Source of the DNA: Lama guanicoe | Lineage: Eukaryota | Assembly: GCA_013239625.1 (NCBI GenBank) | Contig: MU054187.1 | Coordinates: 3,173,757-3,237,756, forward strand | Length of the DNA: 64,000 bases | Direction of reading: 5' to 3' | Part shown: in pieces, positions 51,492 to 64,000 of the stretch | How the letters are laid out: the number at the start of each line of letters is the position of its first letter | Numbering within the stretch: position 1 is the stretch's first letter | Translations under genes and position numbers: made by a program | Notes under the pieces: model-generated | Databases searched by the model: none | Seen by the model: the letters and a program-made list of their open reading frames with translations, nothing else | What the model was told of the DNA's origin: nothing

Positions 51492-51650
51492 GGGGAAGGT
51501 TACAGCTCAAGTGGTAGAGCCCATGCTTAGCAAGCATGAAGTCCTGGGTTCAATCCCTGGTGACTCCTCTAAGAATAAATAAATAAACCTAATTACCTCC
51601 TCCCACCAAGAAGAAGAAGAAGAAGGAGAAGAAGGAGAAGACTATAAAAA
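51492..51650 (+). mobile_element. tRNA-derived SINE (camelid vic-1-like) with a (GAA)n tail
   Basis: ggggaaggttacagctcaagtggtagagcccatgcttagcaagcatgaagtcctgggttcaatccctgg...aaataaacctaattacctcctccc, followed by aagaagaagaagaagaaggagaag. Confidence 0.85.
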
Positions 51651-51959
51651 GAAGAATACAATGAGTGATGTGGCTAAGAGGATCAGTTTCAGGACAGAGA
51701 AATAACCAAGACTATGGTGGAGGGTCCACTTGAGAAGTCGAGCAAAAGCAAGGTCTTCATCTAATCCGTTCCGGCCCCCGACCCTAGTAGTTCACAAAGG
51801 TTAGTGTCAGTTAACAAAGGTAACTCTGCCAGTAGCAGGTGGAGCTGGGACCAGAGCCCAGGCTTCCCAGCTCCCTCCTATCAGTAAAGGACCCCAACGT
51901 GGAGGAATTTCATCATGAATGATCCTTTATGTTCTCACTCACCTCGTCGCCTGAAGTCT

Positions 51960-52095
51960 GTTCCTTATCCACACTGACGTTGTGCCTCTTTGCCTGGAAA
52001 ATAATGTAATGATCTAAGTTGCAGTGTTGTGTTGGGATCAGATAAATAACACAAAGGGCCTGAACCTCCTGTCTGGCACGTGGGGCGTCAAGTGG
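51960..52095 (+). mobile_element. Degenerate MIR fragment
   Basis: gcctctttgcctggaaaataatg...gtgttgtgttgggatcagataaataacacaaagggcc...tgtctggcacgtgg follows the order of the MIR 3' half. Confidence 0.45.
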
Positions 52096-52689
52096 TCCAC
52101 GTGAGCCGCCATCTTGCTTCCTTCCTTCCTGTCTCAAGTGGAGAAGGAAGTGCCCCCCCCAGGTGTTTCTAAATTTGCTATGAAATGAGGTTGCAAAACT
52201 CGCATTTCATTTCTCTTCTGAGTGGGCGTAGACCAATTCGAGCTCATTTTCCTCACTTGTGGTTAAATATGAGCCCGCCTTCCCCCGGAGCGCTCCGTGT
52301 GGCCGTGCTCACTCCCACCCTGCAGAGCTGGAGCCCGCTGACGGCGCTGTGCTCTCGACTCTTAATTTCAGAGTCGTCCCAGGGGGTCTTGAAACCTCAG
52401 ATATCTTCCAGCAAATGCCACTTAGACTTTGATCTGTCCACTGACCTATATTTTTAGCACGAAGTACTTTCAGCTTGGATTGTGTGTGTGTGAAAGAATA
52501 TACATTTATGAGGAAAACAAATGCTGTGCATTTTCCTTAAATTCTCCAAGCACATCATCTTCATGCCATGGATATCGAAACTAATCTCTTCCCCACAAGC
52601 TTATGAGCATTCATGTCACAAGTGTTGAGACATTTTCTACCATTTAGGACCGTATAGGATTCCTGAAATTGGTGGTTATATCTTCTTCA

Positions 52690-54880
52690 TTTTTTAATAG
52701 ACTTTATTTTTAAAAGTAGTTTTAGATTCACAGCAAAACTGAGGGAAGTCACAGAGATTCCCCATACACACCCTGCCCCCACAGAGGCATAGCTTTTCCC
52801 ATTGCCAGCGTCCTCCACCAGCTGGTACCTTTGTTACCAGGGATGAACCCACACGGACACATCATTGTCACCCAAAGGCCATGTGGTTCACTCTTGATGT
52901 CGTACATTCTATGGGTTTGGACTAATGTTTAACAACATACACCCATCATTATAAAATCATGCAGAGCATGTTCAGTGCCCTAAAAATCCTCTGTGCCCCT
53001 CCCTCCCCACAACCCCTGGCAACCACTGGTCCTTTTACTGTCTCCATGGTTTCACCTTTTCCAGGTGTCATATAGTTGGAACCATACAGTATTCAGGCTT
53101 TTCAGACTGGATTCTTCCACTTAGTCATATGCACTTAAGGTCCCTCCATGTCTCTTAATGGCTTGTGAGCTCATTTTTTTGTGCTGAATAATATTCCATT
53201 GTCTGGAGGTACCACAGTTTATTTATCCATTCATCTACGAAAGGCCATCTTTGTTGCTTCCCAGTTTTGGCAATTACAAATAAAGCTGCTGTAAGCATTT
53301 GTGTGCAGGGTTTTGTGTAGACACATGTTTTCAGTTCTTTTGGGTAAGTACCAAGGAACAAAGTTGCTGGATTACATGATAAAAGTATGTTGAGTTTTGT
53401 AAGTGACCACCAGCTGTCTTCCAAGGTGGCCGTACTATGTCGCATTCTCACCAACAGTGAGTGACAGTTCCTCCCCACATTTGATGTTGTCAGTGCTTTG
53501 GATTTTGGCCATTCGAATAGGCGTATAGTGCGATCTCATTGTTTAAATTTGCATATTCCCGATGGCGTATCATCTAGAGTATCTTTTCACATGCTTACCG
53601 CCATCTGTGTTTCTTCTTTGGTGAGGTGTTTGTCAAGGTCCTCAGCCCAGTTTTTGAGTTGGGTTGTTGTATTTATTGCTGAGTTTTAAGGGTTCCTCGT
53701 AATTTGGGGTAATACGCCTTCATTAGGCGTGTCGTTTGTGAACATTTTCTCGCAGTCTGAGGCTTGTCTTGTTTTCTTGACGGTGGTTTTTACGGAGCAG
53801 AAGTTCTTCATTTTAGTGAGGTCCAGCTTGTCCATTATTTCTTCCATGGACCCTGCTGTTTGTGTTGCATTTAAAAAGACATTGCTGTGCTCGAGGTCAT
53901 CTAAATTCTCTCCTATGTTATCTTCTAAGACTTCGTTTTACATTTAGTGTGACCTATTTTGAGTTAGTTTTTGTGAAGGTTGTGCGATTTGTGTCTCGAT
54001 CCACCTTTTGTGCGTGTGGATGTCTAGTTGTTCCAGGACCATTTGTTGGAAAGACTATCTTTTCTCTATTGTCTTTGCTTCGTTGTCAAAAATCAGCTGA
54101 CTACATTTATGTGGGTCTATTTCTGGACCCTCCATTCTCATCTACTAATCTATCTGTCAGATTTTCACCATGTCACGTTTTTTGATTACTGTAACTTTGT
54201 AGAAAGTCTTGAAGTTGGACAGTGTCAGTCCTGCAACTTTGTTCTCTTTCAATATTCTTTCATTCCTATTTTTTTTATTGATATGTAGTCAATTTACATT
54301 AGTTTGGGGTATACAGCAAAGTGATTCAATTATACATATACGTATATAGATATATATATACACACACACATATATATATATTTATATATAAAGTTTCTTT
54401 TCCATTACAACTCATTCCCAGAAGTTGAATATAGTTCTCTGTGCTCTACAGTAGGTCCTTGTTATCTATTTTATGTATAATAATGTCCATCTGTTAATCC
54501 CAAACTCTTAAATCTATCCCTCCCTAGCCTTTTCCCCACTGGTAACCACATTCTCTTTCAAGAACCATATTCTCTTTCAATATTATATTGGTTTTCTTGG
54601 CTCTTCTGCCTCTCCATATAAACTTTAGAATTAGTTTATTGATATTTGCAAAATCACTTGCTTGAATTTTAATTGGGATTTCACTGAATTGATAGATCAA
54701 ATGGAGAAGAATTGACATCTTGACAACATGAAAGTGGAATATCTTTCCACTTATTCAGTTCTTTGAGATTTCTTTCATCAGAGTTTTGTAGTTTTCCTCA
54801 TAGAGATCTTGTACATGCTTCATTAGATGCATACCTAAATATTTCATTTTGGGAGGTGCCAATGCAAATGGTATTTATGG
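52690..54880 (-). mobile_element. L1MC1-like element (3' UTR plus ORF2 C-terminal part, ~2.2 kb)
   Basis: Starts with tttaatagactttatttttaaaagtagttttagattcacagcaaaactgag (L1MC 3' end). Minus-strand ORFs 54524-54718 (SEIPIKIQASDFANINKLILKFIW) and 53155-53478 (CTQMLTAALFVIAKTGKQ...EWINKLWYLQTMEYYSA) are degenerate L1 ORF2. Confidence 0.9.
54257..54569 (-). mobile_element. Young L1 3' end nested in L1MC, with a perfect 15-bp TSD and an internal (TA)/(CA) microsatellite
   Basis: ttttattgatatgtagtcaatttaca...tatacagcaaagtgattcaattatacata...tgaatatagttctctgtgctctacagtagg. TSD ttctctttcaatatt at 54242-54256 and 54570-54584. Confidence 0.85.
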
Positions 54881-57800
54881 TCAATGGCATGGAAGACTGC
54901 TTCTCAAATTATAACACAATATTTGAAAATCATAGTGCCTAATGCCAGTGACACTTGTCTCCATCGCCGCCACCACCCAGAGAATCGGAGAACTATGCAG
55001 GCTGCCTCCTCAAGGAGCCAAATGGAGAGAGAGTTCAGATCCAAAAGACTCTGTTGTGATCTTGGCTCCACCACCTAATAACTTTGAGCTGCAGCTCATT
55101 TCTCTACCTCTCTGCATCTGCTTCTTCATCAGAGGAGTGGAGAAGGGAAGCCCTGCCTCAAAGGGCAGGCATCTGCAAGAACTTGCTGAGGCACTGTGAA
55201 GGACAAATGCCCCGAATCATACCCGGTACATGGCAGGTATTCAAGAAGAACCCGCTTCCATCACATGGGGGTGTTTAACTCTGATGTGTCAGTAAGACAA
55301 CAAAAAAACGGATCATTTATGACTAAGGAATCAACCTTTCCACCAGGACCGAACCGCCAATTCGGGGAATTAGGGCTACTACCTCCCCGCTTCTTCCTGG
55401 ACGCAAGGCAGGCAGGAAGGAAAATCCAACGAACTAGAATAGCAGAAGCCGAAGAAAACCCCCGGAGCTCCTCAAGTTTGTTGTGCCTGTGTGCCCCACT
55501 GCGCCTTGATTCTCCACTTCCTTGATGCTTGTCAGGACGTCTGACGCGGCTCCCACACCTCGTGGATACAGTGGAGGGGGGTGGGATGTGAGACGGTAAT
55601 CTGATGTTATCAGACCCCAGAAAGGTACTTCTGGAAACCCTAATTGGATTTTCTTCAGCCTTTTTTAATTTAGTGGGTTCTGGGAGCAGATCACACCTCT
55701 CCGAGCACTTATAAAGAGAATTTGTGAGCGAGACTGTGTGCGAGTAATACCTTTTGGTGCTCGAGGCAACGTGTTGCCATGGTACCAATCAGATTTTGTC
55801 CTCACCGGGGAATAGAAATTAAAACTGACAGTGTTTGAGTGTCACTGTTTTTGTTCATCCCCGGAAACCGTTTGAGCACTCGAAAAGGGAGGAGGTCTAG
55901 TTTTGTTGTTGTTTGGGGGCTTCGGAACAAAATAGTGCACTAAAATGAGCAGGACACCACATAGTCCAATGAGCTGAGAGAAGCAAGGACTTTCCCAGAG
56001 GAGCTCATTATTCTTATAAATTTACATTATCAAAGGATGCGGAAATGCCAAAAAGTAGGTTCTTCATGGTCAGGAGCAGTGGTGCCATCTCCCAGCCAGG
56101 GAGAGTGAGTCGGTGTCTAATGGGGGTCAAATGCAAGATTGATCTGGAAGCCTAATTGGCTATTTTTATGGCTTTAAAATTCTGACCTTATATCAGAGCT
56201 GTAAAATATCCATTGTGCTTCGGGGAACATCTGTGCATTTGGTTCTCACAATAAAAGAAATATTCTAAATCGAGAGAGGTAGCCTGACACGGAGAAAAAA
56301 ACAAGAGAATGATTAACTTGAAATGCAGGGACGTGGTTGCCCACGGGGATGCAGGGGAGGGAGGAGGAGGCTTTAGAGACATCGGGAACGTTCCATTTCT
56401 TAAGTTGAAGGGCATTTAATTCTTCTTCTTGGAACTCCACGTGGACATTGTATACACTCGCAATAAAAATTTACTTAAAGAGGGAGAGAGAGAGAATGGA
56501 AGATAAGAAGAAAGTGGGCTAGGGGCAGGGGACTCCACTCTTGACCCCCCTGCTAAGTAGCTAAATGGATTTACATGCCGTGGTGGCTGAGACTCAGTTT
56601 TCTCAGCTGTAAAATAAGCCAGGCTGAGTGGTCGCTTCAGTCCCCTCCAGCCTGAGAGTCCCCAGCTCTGGGTTTATCATATGGGATGCAACACTGCTGA
56701 GTTCATCACATTGGGGAAAGTCTGTTTTTCATCGTGCAAAAACAAAAAATGCAAGTTACCATCCAATCATCACCCCTCCCACACAACCTTGACTAGCAGA
56801 GTAAATTATCCTTATTCCAGGTGAGCCCTAGTAAGAAGCTGCTGTCCGTTGAGTGGAGTTTTGGAGATTCTTTTTACGACAAGCTATTATTATGAAGTCG
56901 GTGACGGGGTTTACAGTGTGGGCGCCAGCGGTCCTGGCTGGCACCGCACGCCACATTTCTCCCTTGGTCTGTCAACTCATCTTGTCCCTCAGAGCTTCTC
57001 TGAATGTAAAATAGCAACATAATGAACTCAAGGGGCATCTAATTATTTCAAGTTCATGCCATCAGGAGCTTTGTATTTTCTCCCCAAATTACTGGAAAGT
57101 AACCGGGCTTTTCAGGGCTGGCCTAATCATCACTACCAACTGGGTTTCAAGGAAATGCTCCCTTTCAGCTTGTAGAACCAAAAAGTCAGAAGCATCCACT
57201 TCCCTTATTCTTTCGACACGTGTCTGGAGGGTGCGTGGGGTGGACCCTGTGCTCTGCCGGCTGGTGGCTCCTACGTAATTTCTCAGAGCATGGGGAGGAG
57301 GCGTGCTTGTTCCAAATGTGCTCTCGGGGTGTCAGAGCAAATTTCCCAGGCCCTGGGATTCCTTCGCACTAATTCGGATTTGGATTCGGATTCAAACATC
57401 AGAGGGGAATGGATTGGGGCTGCTGTCTCCCAAGTCTGGGTCTGTTTGAGGCTCCAGTGACAAACGAATCAGGATGCACCTCCGTCGGCCCCGCCCAGCT
57501 CCTTGGCCTCCATCCTGGGAGCGGGGCCGTGCGCACATCCCACCCAAGGGGGTTCCCAGGGCAGAACCATGCAGCAGGTGTCAGACAACCCACCCCTGGG
57601 GTTTCTGAAAACGGGCACAGATCTTAAACTCTCCGAAGCTCGATTTATTCCCTCTGAAATGGGGAACTACCTCGAGCGTAGTAATGAGCACTGGGAGCAC
57701 GTCCTGTGGCATAAGGCATGTGACACTGAGCTCAAGATCTGGCACCTAATGTTAACTCGAGAAGCAGCCTGTGTGCTTCCTCTTACTGTTCTAACATGAT

Positions 57801-59351
57801 TGAACACACAGTCGTGTCTCAGAGGGAGGGCTGCTGTCCTCAGAAGAACTGTCTGCCGCCGTCCTGCTCGGCTGTTTCTTATGAAGAGGGTCTGGGAATC
57901 TGGCGGCATCCAATTCTTTTAGATATGTCGAGGCATCCGGAGGAATAATCAGATTGAAGCACCCACCGAAGGGGGCAATGCTGGACTCCAGATGCGTTGC
58001 GGCGTCTTAGGAAGCAGAAGCAAAGACTGATGTTGTCCAGAGGCTACCCGGGAGGTGATTCGGACGCTTCCCGTGCCCCAGCTTCCCTCAGTAAGTGTTC
58101 AGCGTCAGGGTGGATAAGAAATGTTTGCAGAATGTCTGTGATAACACGTGAAAGAGCACAAGCCACTCCTGTAACAGTCAAAACTATGCAGAAAAGACAT
58201 GTTCGTTCTGAATGCCTCAGGAAGTGAAATCTGGGTTCTGTGACATTCCTCTGCATTCGCAAACATCCAGACAAGAACAAAAACGTAGTTTCGGTGAACT
58301 TTCGGCTGCTGTATTTTCCTCACTATATTCATTCCCAGTTACTCTTAATGTTTCCTGTTTGTTCAGAGAAACAGTGAGTGAGTGCTCACGGGGCGCCACG
58401 TGCACAGAGCCTGGGCGTCACCTGCTAAGTCGCCCAAATGAGAACCCAGGTCCCTCACTGCCACCGGCTGCTTCCAGGGTGCTCCTCTCAGCTTCCGCGG
58501 ACTTGTCTTTGGTGTCTCTAGCGCATGCTCTGTGCTTGGCACCTACTGTTTATTCACATAGTGACCCCTGCCAGCACAGTGCAGAGGTGACTTAGGCATT
58601 CGATGAAACAATCAGACTAGATCACCTCTAACTCTAAGGTTCAAGACATGTAAAAACATGTTTATTTCAGTCTAAAAAATGTTTTACTCATATTCTGTTC
58701 ATCTGTTTTGGTGGATCTAATATTGTGATAACAATTATCCTTTAAAACCATTTCACAGGTAAAAATAAATTACAGGCTGATGTGTTGAATATCCAGCGAA
58801 AGAGATGTGGCCATACATTTTTTCATATAGTTAACAATGAAACCAGATATTTAAAAATCTGAATTTGTTAGTCACATTGAAAAAAAGGTGATTATTTTCA
58901 TTTCGAGATGAGAAAAACAGTTATTCTGAATCTGATATATTCCAGATCTCAGCTTTCACATTCTGTCGTATTGTTGGTTCCAAATTGTTTTCTTTTGCCT
59001 CTTCCTCTTAACTGAGAAATATTTTATTTTTGTTGTCAAGGCAAAGAAAATAATTTAGAATCAATGATAAAGCATCTTAATTTCTAAATATGACTTATTT
59101 GAGGATGCTTGATAGGTTCTCAAATTAAGGAGAAGTTCTGATGATAAACACCTGCATGGCATTGCTTCATCAAAGCACTTCCGCCCCAGCACCTCTGCCT
59201 CTCCCCACAGGCAGAATCTCTACTCTTATTCCTGTTTTCCAAATGGGGAGCTGAGACCCAGAAGGTTAAACACTAGGACTAGGAGGAGATGTCAGATCAG
59301 CGTCAGAAAGAAACCTGTGTTTTGTCTTCCAGTTGCGTTGTGTTTCCTAAG

Positions 59352-59374
59352 AAAAAAAAAAAAAAAAAAAAAAA
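59352..59374. repeat. Poly-A run (A23)
   Basis: Seen directly in the sequence. Confidence 0.9.
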
Positions 59375-62369
59375 TTTAAAAAAGAAAGGAGTTACTCTTT
59401 AAATCTTCATATCATTATAATTAGAGATGCCTTTGTCAACTTGTCGCAGCCTAAATGGCCAAGAACAGCAAATAATTTTTCTGATGCTGAAGTTTGATAT
59501 TTTAGTAGAAGAACCCAAAGTATGACTCGCACTTGACTCTGTTCCCACAAGCGTATGCAGTCATGAACGACAGTGGTCACTGACCTGGAACGAGATCACT
59601 CAGAACGTGACACTATTGCACAAAGTGGCAGCATTTATTTTTAGAGGACCACTTTTTCAAAGCTGTTGCAAATATACTCCGAAGAATAAGATGCTAGCTA
59701 CCAGGTTTTGAGAAGCAGAATAAAATATGATTCTGAGTTCCTGCAGGGTGATATGTTTGTGCTGATACGGCTGAGGTGGCTTATTTCAGAGTTTAGAGCG
59801 ATAAAGGTAATCAGGTGATTCTTAATGTTGCCAAGAGTACTGCAGTGGGGCCATTAAAGGAAGGAGAAAGGGAGGGCCCTGGCAAGGTCAGAACTTCGAT
59901 TCTGGAAGATTTCAGTTAGGTATTGATGCCATTGACACTTAGAGCTGCCTAAAGGTGGAAAAGCAGTTTGTAAAACATCGCTTTGTTGCAGAAGGTTGGG
60001 TGGGTGCCCAGCTAATACCACGCTTTATCAACTTGTGTTCGGGAGGGACATTCCATTCATTAACACCTGCTATTTTTTTAGCATCTCTTTGCTTATCACT
60101 CAGGACTTTAGGTACATGGTCTCTTTAATTCCCAAAATATTGCAAAGGGTGGGCTGGATGGTGGGGAGAGTCAGATGTGTAGAAGTGGACACCACAGGCC
60201 AGGGCTGTGGTTGAGGGGTTAATGTGTGTCTATGCTGAGACGCAGAGACAGGCAGCAGCTGCCTTCTCCCAGCCTCGGATCTGCCTGATCTCCCCACTAA
60301 CCTGTGAGGTTCTTACGTATCTCAAATCTCTGGCGTATTTTTTGATCCTCAGTGCAACAGAAGCTACAGGAACTGCATAAGGGCCCGAAGAGGGACAAGG
60401 AGAAGAAAGTAGACCACTTAATCAGGTGTGAAGGAAATCACGGAGACACCACTGTTTAGGCATTTGAACGAGGACATTTTGGTTGGAGTTTTTTATTTCG
60501 GGTGTGACTGATCTTTATTTTAGGTGAGTTGGTACTATGATTTGAAATTTGCTAGGATGGTAACAATCAAATTTCTAAAATGCTTTCCATTTTGCTAATA
60601 ATTAGAGCAATGTTCTAATTAATGTATGAATTTCATTTCATCCCCCCAGTGGCCTTTAAAGTCCTAGCATCATCACACTTTTACGTGAGTCTCATGAGAG
60701 ATTGGCTAGGCCCTTTGTTATCCCAATGTCACATGAAACAGAGGTGCAGAAAAACAGCTTGTCTAAGGGCACAGGAAGAAGAAATTCAGATTAAGGCAGT
60801 CTGGCTGCAGAGACAGCACCGCACCCACTCCTCTTTGCTGCAAACCGTATTTGCCATAAGTTGCCTCACACTGTGTCTGTGTGTGGATGTATCTCAAATA
60901 TACATCGAGTGAGCGTCCTGAGCCCTAGTCCACACGTCTTCCCTGGGAATCGGGGCCGGTGCTACTGTGTCCCCTGGGGACATGCAGAATGTGACTGCAG
61001 AAGGCGTAGCGCCAGGGGGAGAGCTTTTCAAGAGGAGGGCCAGCCCGTGTCCAAGCACAGGCGGGGTGGGGGGGCGTGTTTCAGGAAGAGCAACTTGCTC
61101 CGCGTGCCCGGAGGTGAGCGGTGGGGCTGGCGGGAAGGCACGGGCTAAGCTGGGAAGAGCCAGTGGAAGCCGGGTCTTCCTTCAGGTGGAAAACCATTCC
61201 GGGAAAATACTTTTCCACTTTTCTGGGGGAACATGAGTGTACCTCGGGAAAACTGGGTCAGACGGAGTGTGTTATTTTGTATCACTTCTTTCGCTGTGTT
61301 TAACCCGTCAGGTCGTGGTTAGAGTGAGGGTGGCTGCAGGGTTGGACCAGAAAAGGTCTCGAAATAGTAGCCTTGTGACTGACCCCATGACCGCTGAGCA
61401 TTTTCACCAAGGGGGAAAGTAACGGACAAAGATAGAATGAGAGGGGGGACTCCAGGCGAGGACTCTGGGCTTTTTGCTTTGTTTTTAACTGAACCGTTGG
61501 ATAGAATCACTAAAGGAGTTAAGTTTAGTTTTCTGACTGGAGGAGAACCATCCTTGAAAATAGGGAGGCCGCAGAACACCTTGGGAACATTTACCTACAA
61601 ATTAGTAAGCAGGGAATTAGGCGTAGTGACAGTAAATGCAGGCTGCCAGGACAGCCCCCCGAAGCCAGTCGCACAGAGTGGTTCCAAGGCAGGTCTGAAA
61701 GCGTCCCCCAGCCCACACGGCATGTGTTTGTAAGGCAGGAGGTCTGATTCTTTAGCAGACACACTCAACACACAAATTTCAAATAATTTTGGTCGCTTCC
61801 AAAACAGATTCCACGGGTAAGCTTAGTGAGTTATTGTCGTGGCTGAAAGCACACCAGGGATTCCTCTTGGAGAATTGCCACCGTCCTGGCTGGCAGCCAT
61901 TCTTTTGAATGTCCTTAATCAAAAAATAGTATATTTTTTATCTTTGAGAGTAAGTGTGATTTGGGGGAAAAAAATTTACAGAATTAAGTCTAGTAAAGAA
62001 GGGTGCTCTAAATTTGCAGTACGCTGCAGAGGCAAGCAGAAAGTGTGATTATAGAGACAGAGACAGGTGGTGTCGACTGAAAGCCTTTCTCTGGGAAGCC
62101 CCGCCTGCTGCCTGGCCAAGCCTTCCTGTGTTTCCCATCACATCCTGCTTGAGAAGCACCGCCCACTGGAAGCCAGCAAATGGACCTCGAAACTCGAGGC
62201 CCAGGTGTGTTTTCATTACTGTTCAGCCCTGACCCCTTTCCAAGACAGCCTGGCAAAACCGCTCCCTTTAAGAGTGGCTCAGGCATGGCCTCCTTGCAGG
62301 GAAGCCGTCTCTGACCCTCAGTAGAACGTGGGACACGCGCCCACTGGCAGGTGCCTGACTCCGCCCTTC

Positions 62370-62500
62370 CTCAGCAGGCTGTGTGCTTCCTGAAGTCAGG
62401 GAGCGTGGCTTACGGGTCTTTGTGTCCACAGCTTCGCAGAGTACCCCTCACACGATAAGTGCTCAGTAAGTGTTTCTCAAATAAGCGAAAGAAATGAACC
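62370..62500 (+). mobile_element. L2 3' end fragment
   Basis: gcttcctgaagtcagggagcgtggctt...tctttgtgtccacagc...cacgataagtgctcagtaagtgtttctcaaataagcgaaagaaatgaa. Confidence 0.6.
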
Positions 62501-64000
62501 AGTTCCAGAAAATGTTCAGCAAAGCAGCGTCACAGAGGAGAGGAGACAGACCGTCTTCTAAGGAAATGGCTTTGAAACATCAGTAATTTCAGCTTTGATG
62601 TGTGCCTTCTGGTACATCTGTTCAAAAATGGGTTCACTTTCAGTCTCGCCTTTTGGAAAACACGTGACCTCTAGTGCTTAACCCATCAGAAGGAGCCAAG
62701 AGGGGAGACATTAAATTGCACCAACCGAAAGAATCCAGAAAGAGCTGGTGGTGAATGGGAGAGAAACAAAAAAGGGATTATTCTGTACTTTCAATTTCTG
62801 TGTGTTTTTCTCTATGAATTGCTTAGTTATTTGATTTGTACAATATTTTAAAATTCCTTTAAAGCCATTTTAATTCAAGCATCTTTAAAGAGAGTCTAAA
62901 AACGCAGCAGCTACTGTCTGAAATGGAATCTACCCGTGCTTCATGAAATGTCCACACATCGAAATGTGCATCACTGTTTAGGACTTGGAAAGAGTGAAGC
63001 ATCACCGTGAGCGAAGCATCATGATGCCACATGTAGGAACAGTCAGACCCATAGGGAGGCTTCCTAGGTCAGGCTGTGTATCGCAGCTGCACTTGGGAGC
63101 CCGCTGGGCCTCCTCTGGGCCTGCCCCCGAGTTCCCACTCCAAGCACGACCCTCGCACGTTGCCAGGAAGCCCGACGGTCCCCGCAAAGGGGGCTCTGGC
63201 CTTGCTCGCCCCCCGTGGCTGCTGGTTGCCAGTCGCTGGTTAGCACACTTTGCAAAGCACCGACTAAAAGCCTTTTTCTAAAAATCCATCTGATGCTCTG
63301 GGTGTAGCTGAACCAAAAAGGCATTCATTCAAACGACAACCAGACAGACTGACATCTTTGCAGCACGTGTTCCCGCTTTGCTAACTGCTGACTCGGTGAG
63401 ACGGTTCGGGACTGCTGAAGCCCTATGCACCACGGCAGGAACGGAACTGAAGGTGGTTCCACTCCTGCCACCCTCCATGGCCATCTGGTTCTCATAGATC
63501 CAGGGAGGTAGTCGCGAAGGAGAGATAAGTTTGCAAGTAAGTAAGTAAGAACATCTCTGGATCCTTGTGACCCGCAGGTGGGAGTCAAATCAGTGGAATT
63601 ATTGCTCCTCATTTTACATTGACAGGGTTCTCACCTGGCACTTTTCATTTTACAATTTTAAACAAATCTTCAATTCTTTTCTAGGAAGGAACTTTGTTAT
63701 AATATATATTATATAACCTAGTTCCTCTCTTCTAAAAAAAAATCCAGATCTAACAAGTGTCATTTAGCAAATATCTTATTGACAACATAATATGTTGCAT
63801 AAAATGTGAAGGCAGGGAGACTTCGAATCTTGGTCTTAATTTGGCGGTTTCAGTGTGGCTTTAGCTGGACTCTGTCTCTTTCCCGGGTCTCCACATCAAG
63901 CTCCCGCCTGGTCAGGCTCTATGGGTGTCACACCTGGCCATGAGCCTCCGTTAATGACTAGCTGGTTGCCCTGTGGTCTTCGACAGCACCCTGCAGTGTA

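Noticed and set aside
46960..51570. Three tRNA-like sequences (46960, 48885, 51492) as tRNA genes
   Set aside because: They have A-rich tails, TSDs in two cases and divergent stems, so they are tRNA-derived SINEs.
53155..54718. ORFs resembling reverse-transcriptase-associated protein
   Set aside because: Broken L1 ORF2 remnants with stops and frameshifts; not a functional gene or novel retroelement.
57960..57980. CTCF-like ccaccgaagggggcaa
   Set aside because: Several mismatches in the 5' part of the core; weaker than the site at 39000.

Overview
Mammalian genomic DNA, most likely a camelid (three tRNA-derived SINEs resemble the camelid vic-1 family). The window lies inside XKR4 on the + strand. 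It holds one 200-bp internal coding exon (38724-38923; exon 2 by analogy to human and mouse), flanked by very long introns. The introns contain old L1, L2, MIR, ERVL/MaLR LTR and hAT/Tigger fossils, younger lineage-specific L1 3' tails and ERV1-type solo LTRs, a 54-bp minisatellite and a 238-N assembly gap. All other ORFs in the track look spurious or transposon-derived. I cannot support a new coding or RNA system here. The most notable signal is patchy, extreme GC/CpG enrichment: a CpG island built on an L2 fossil, a ~88% GC intronic island, and 40 consecutive G/C-ending codons in the exon. This may reflect GC-biased gene conversion. I also note several candidate regulatory motif clusters and unusual insertion junctions. 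Repeat family names come from my recall of consensus sequences, not from a search, and repeat boundaries without a TSD are approximate.
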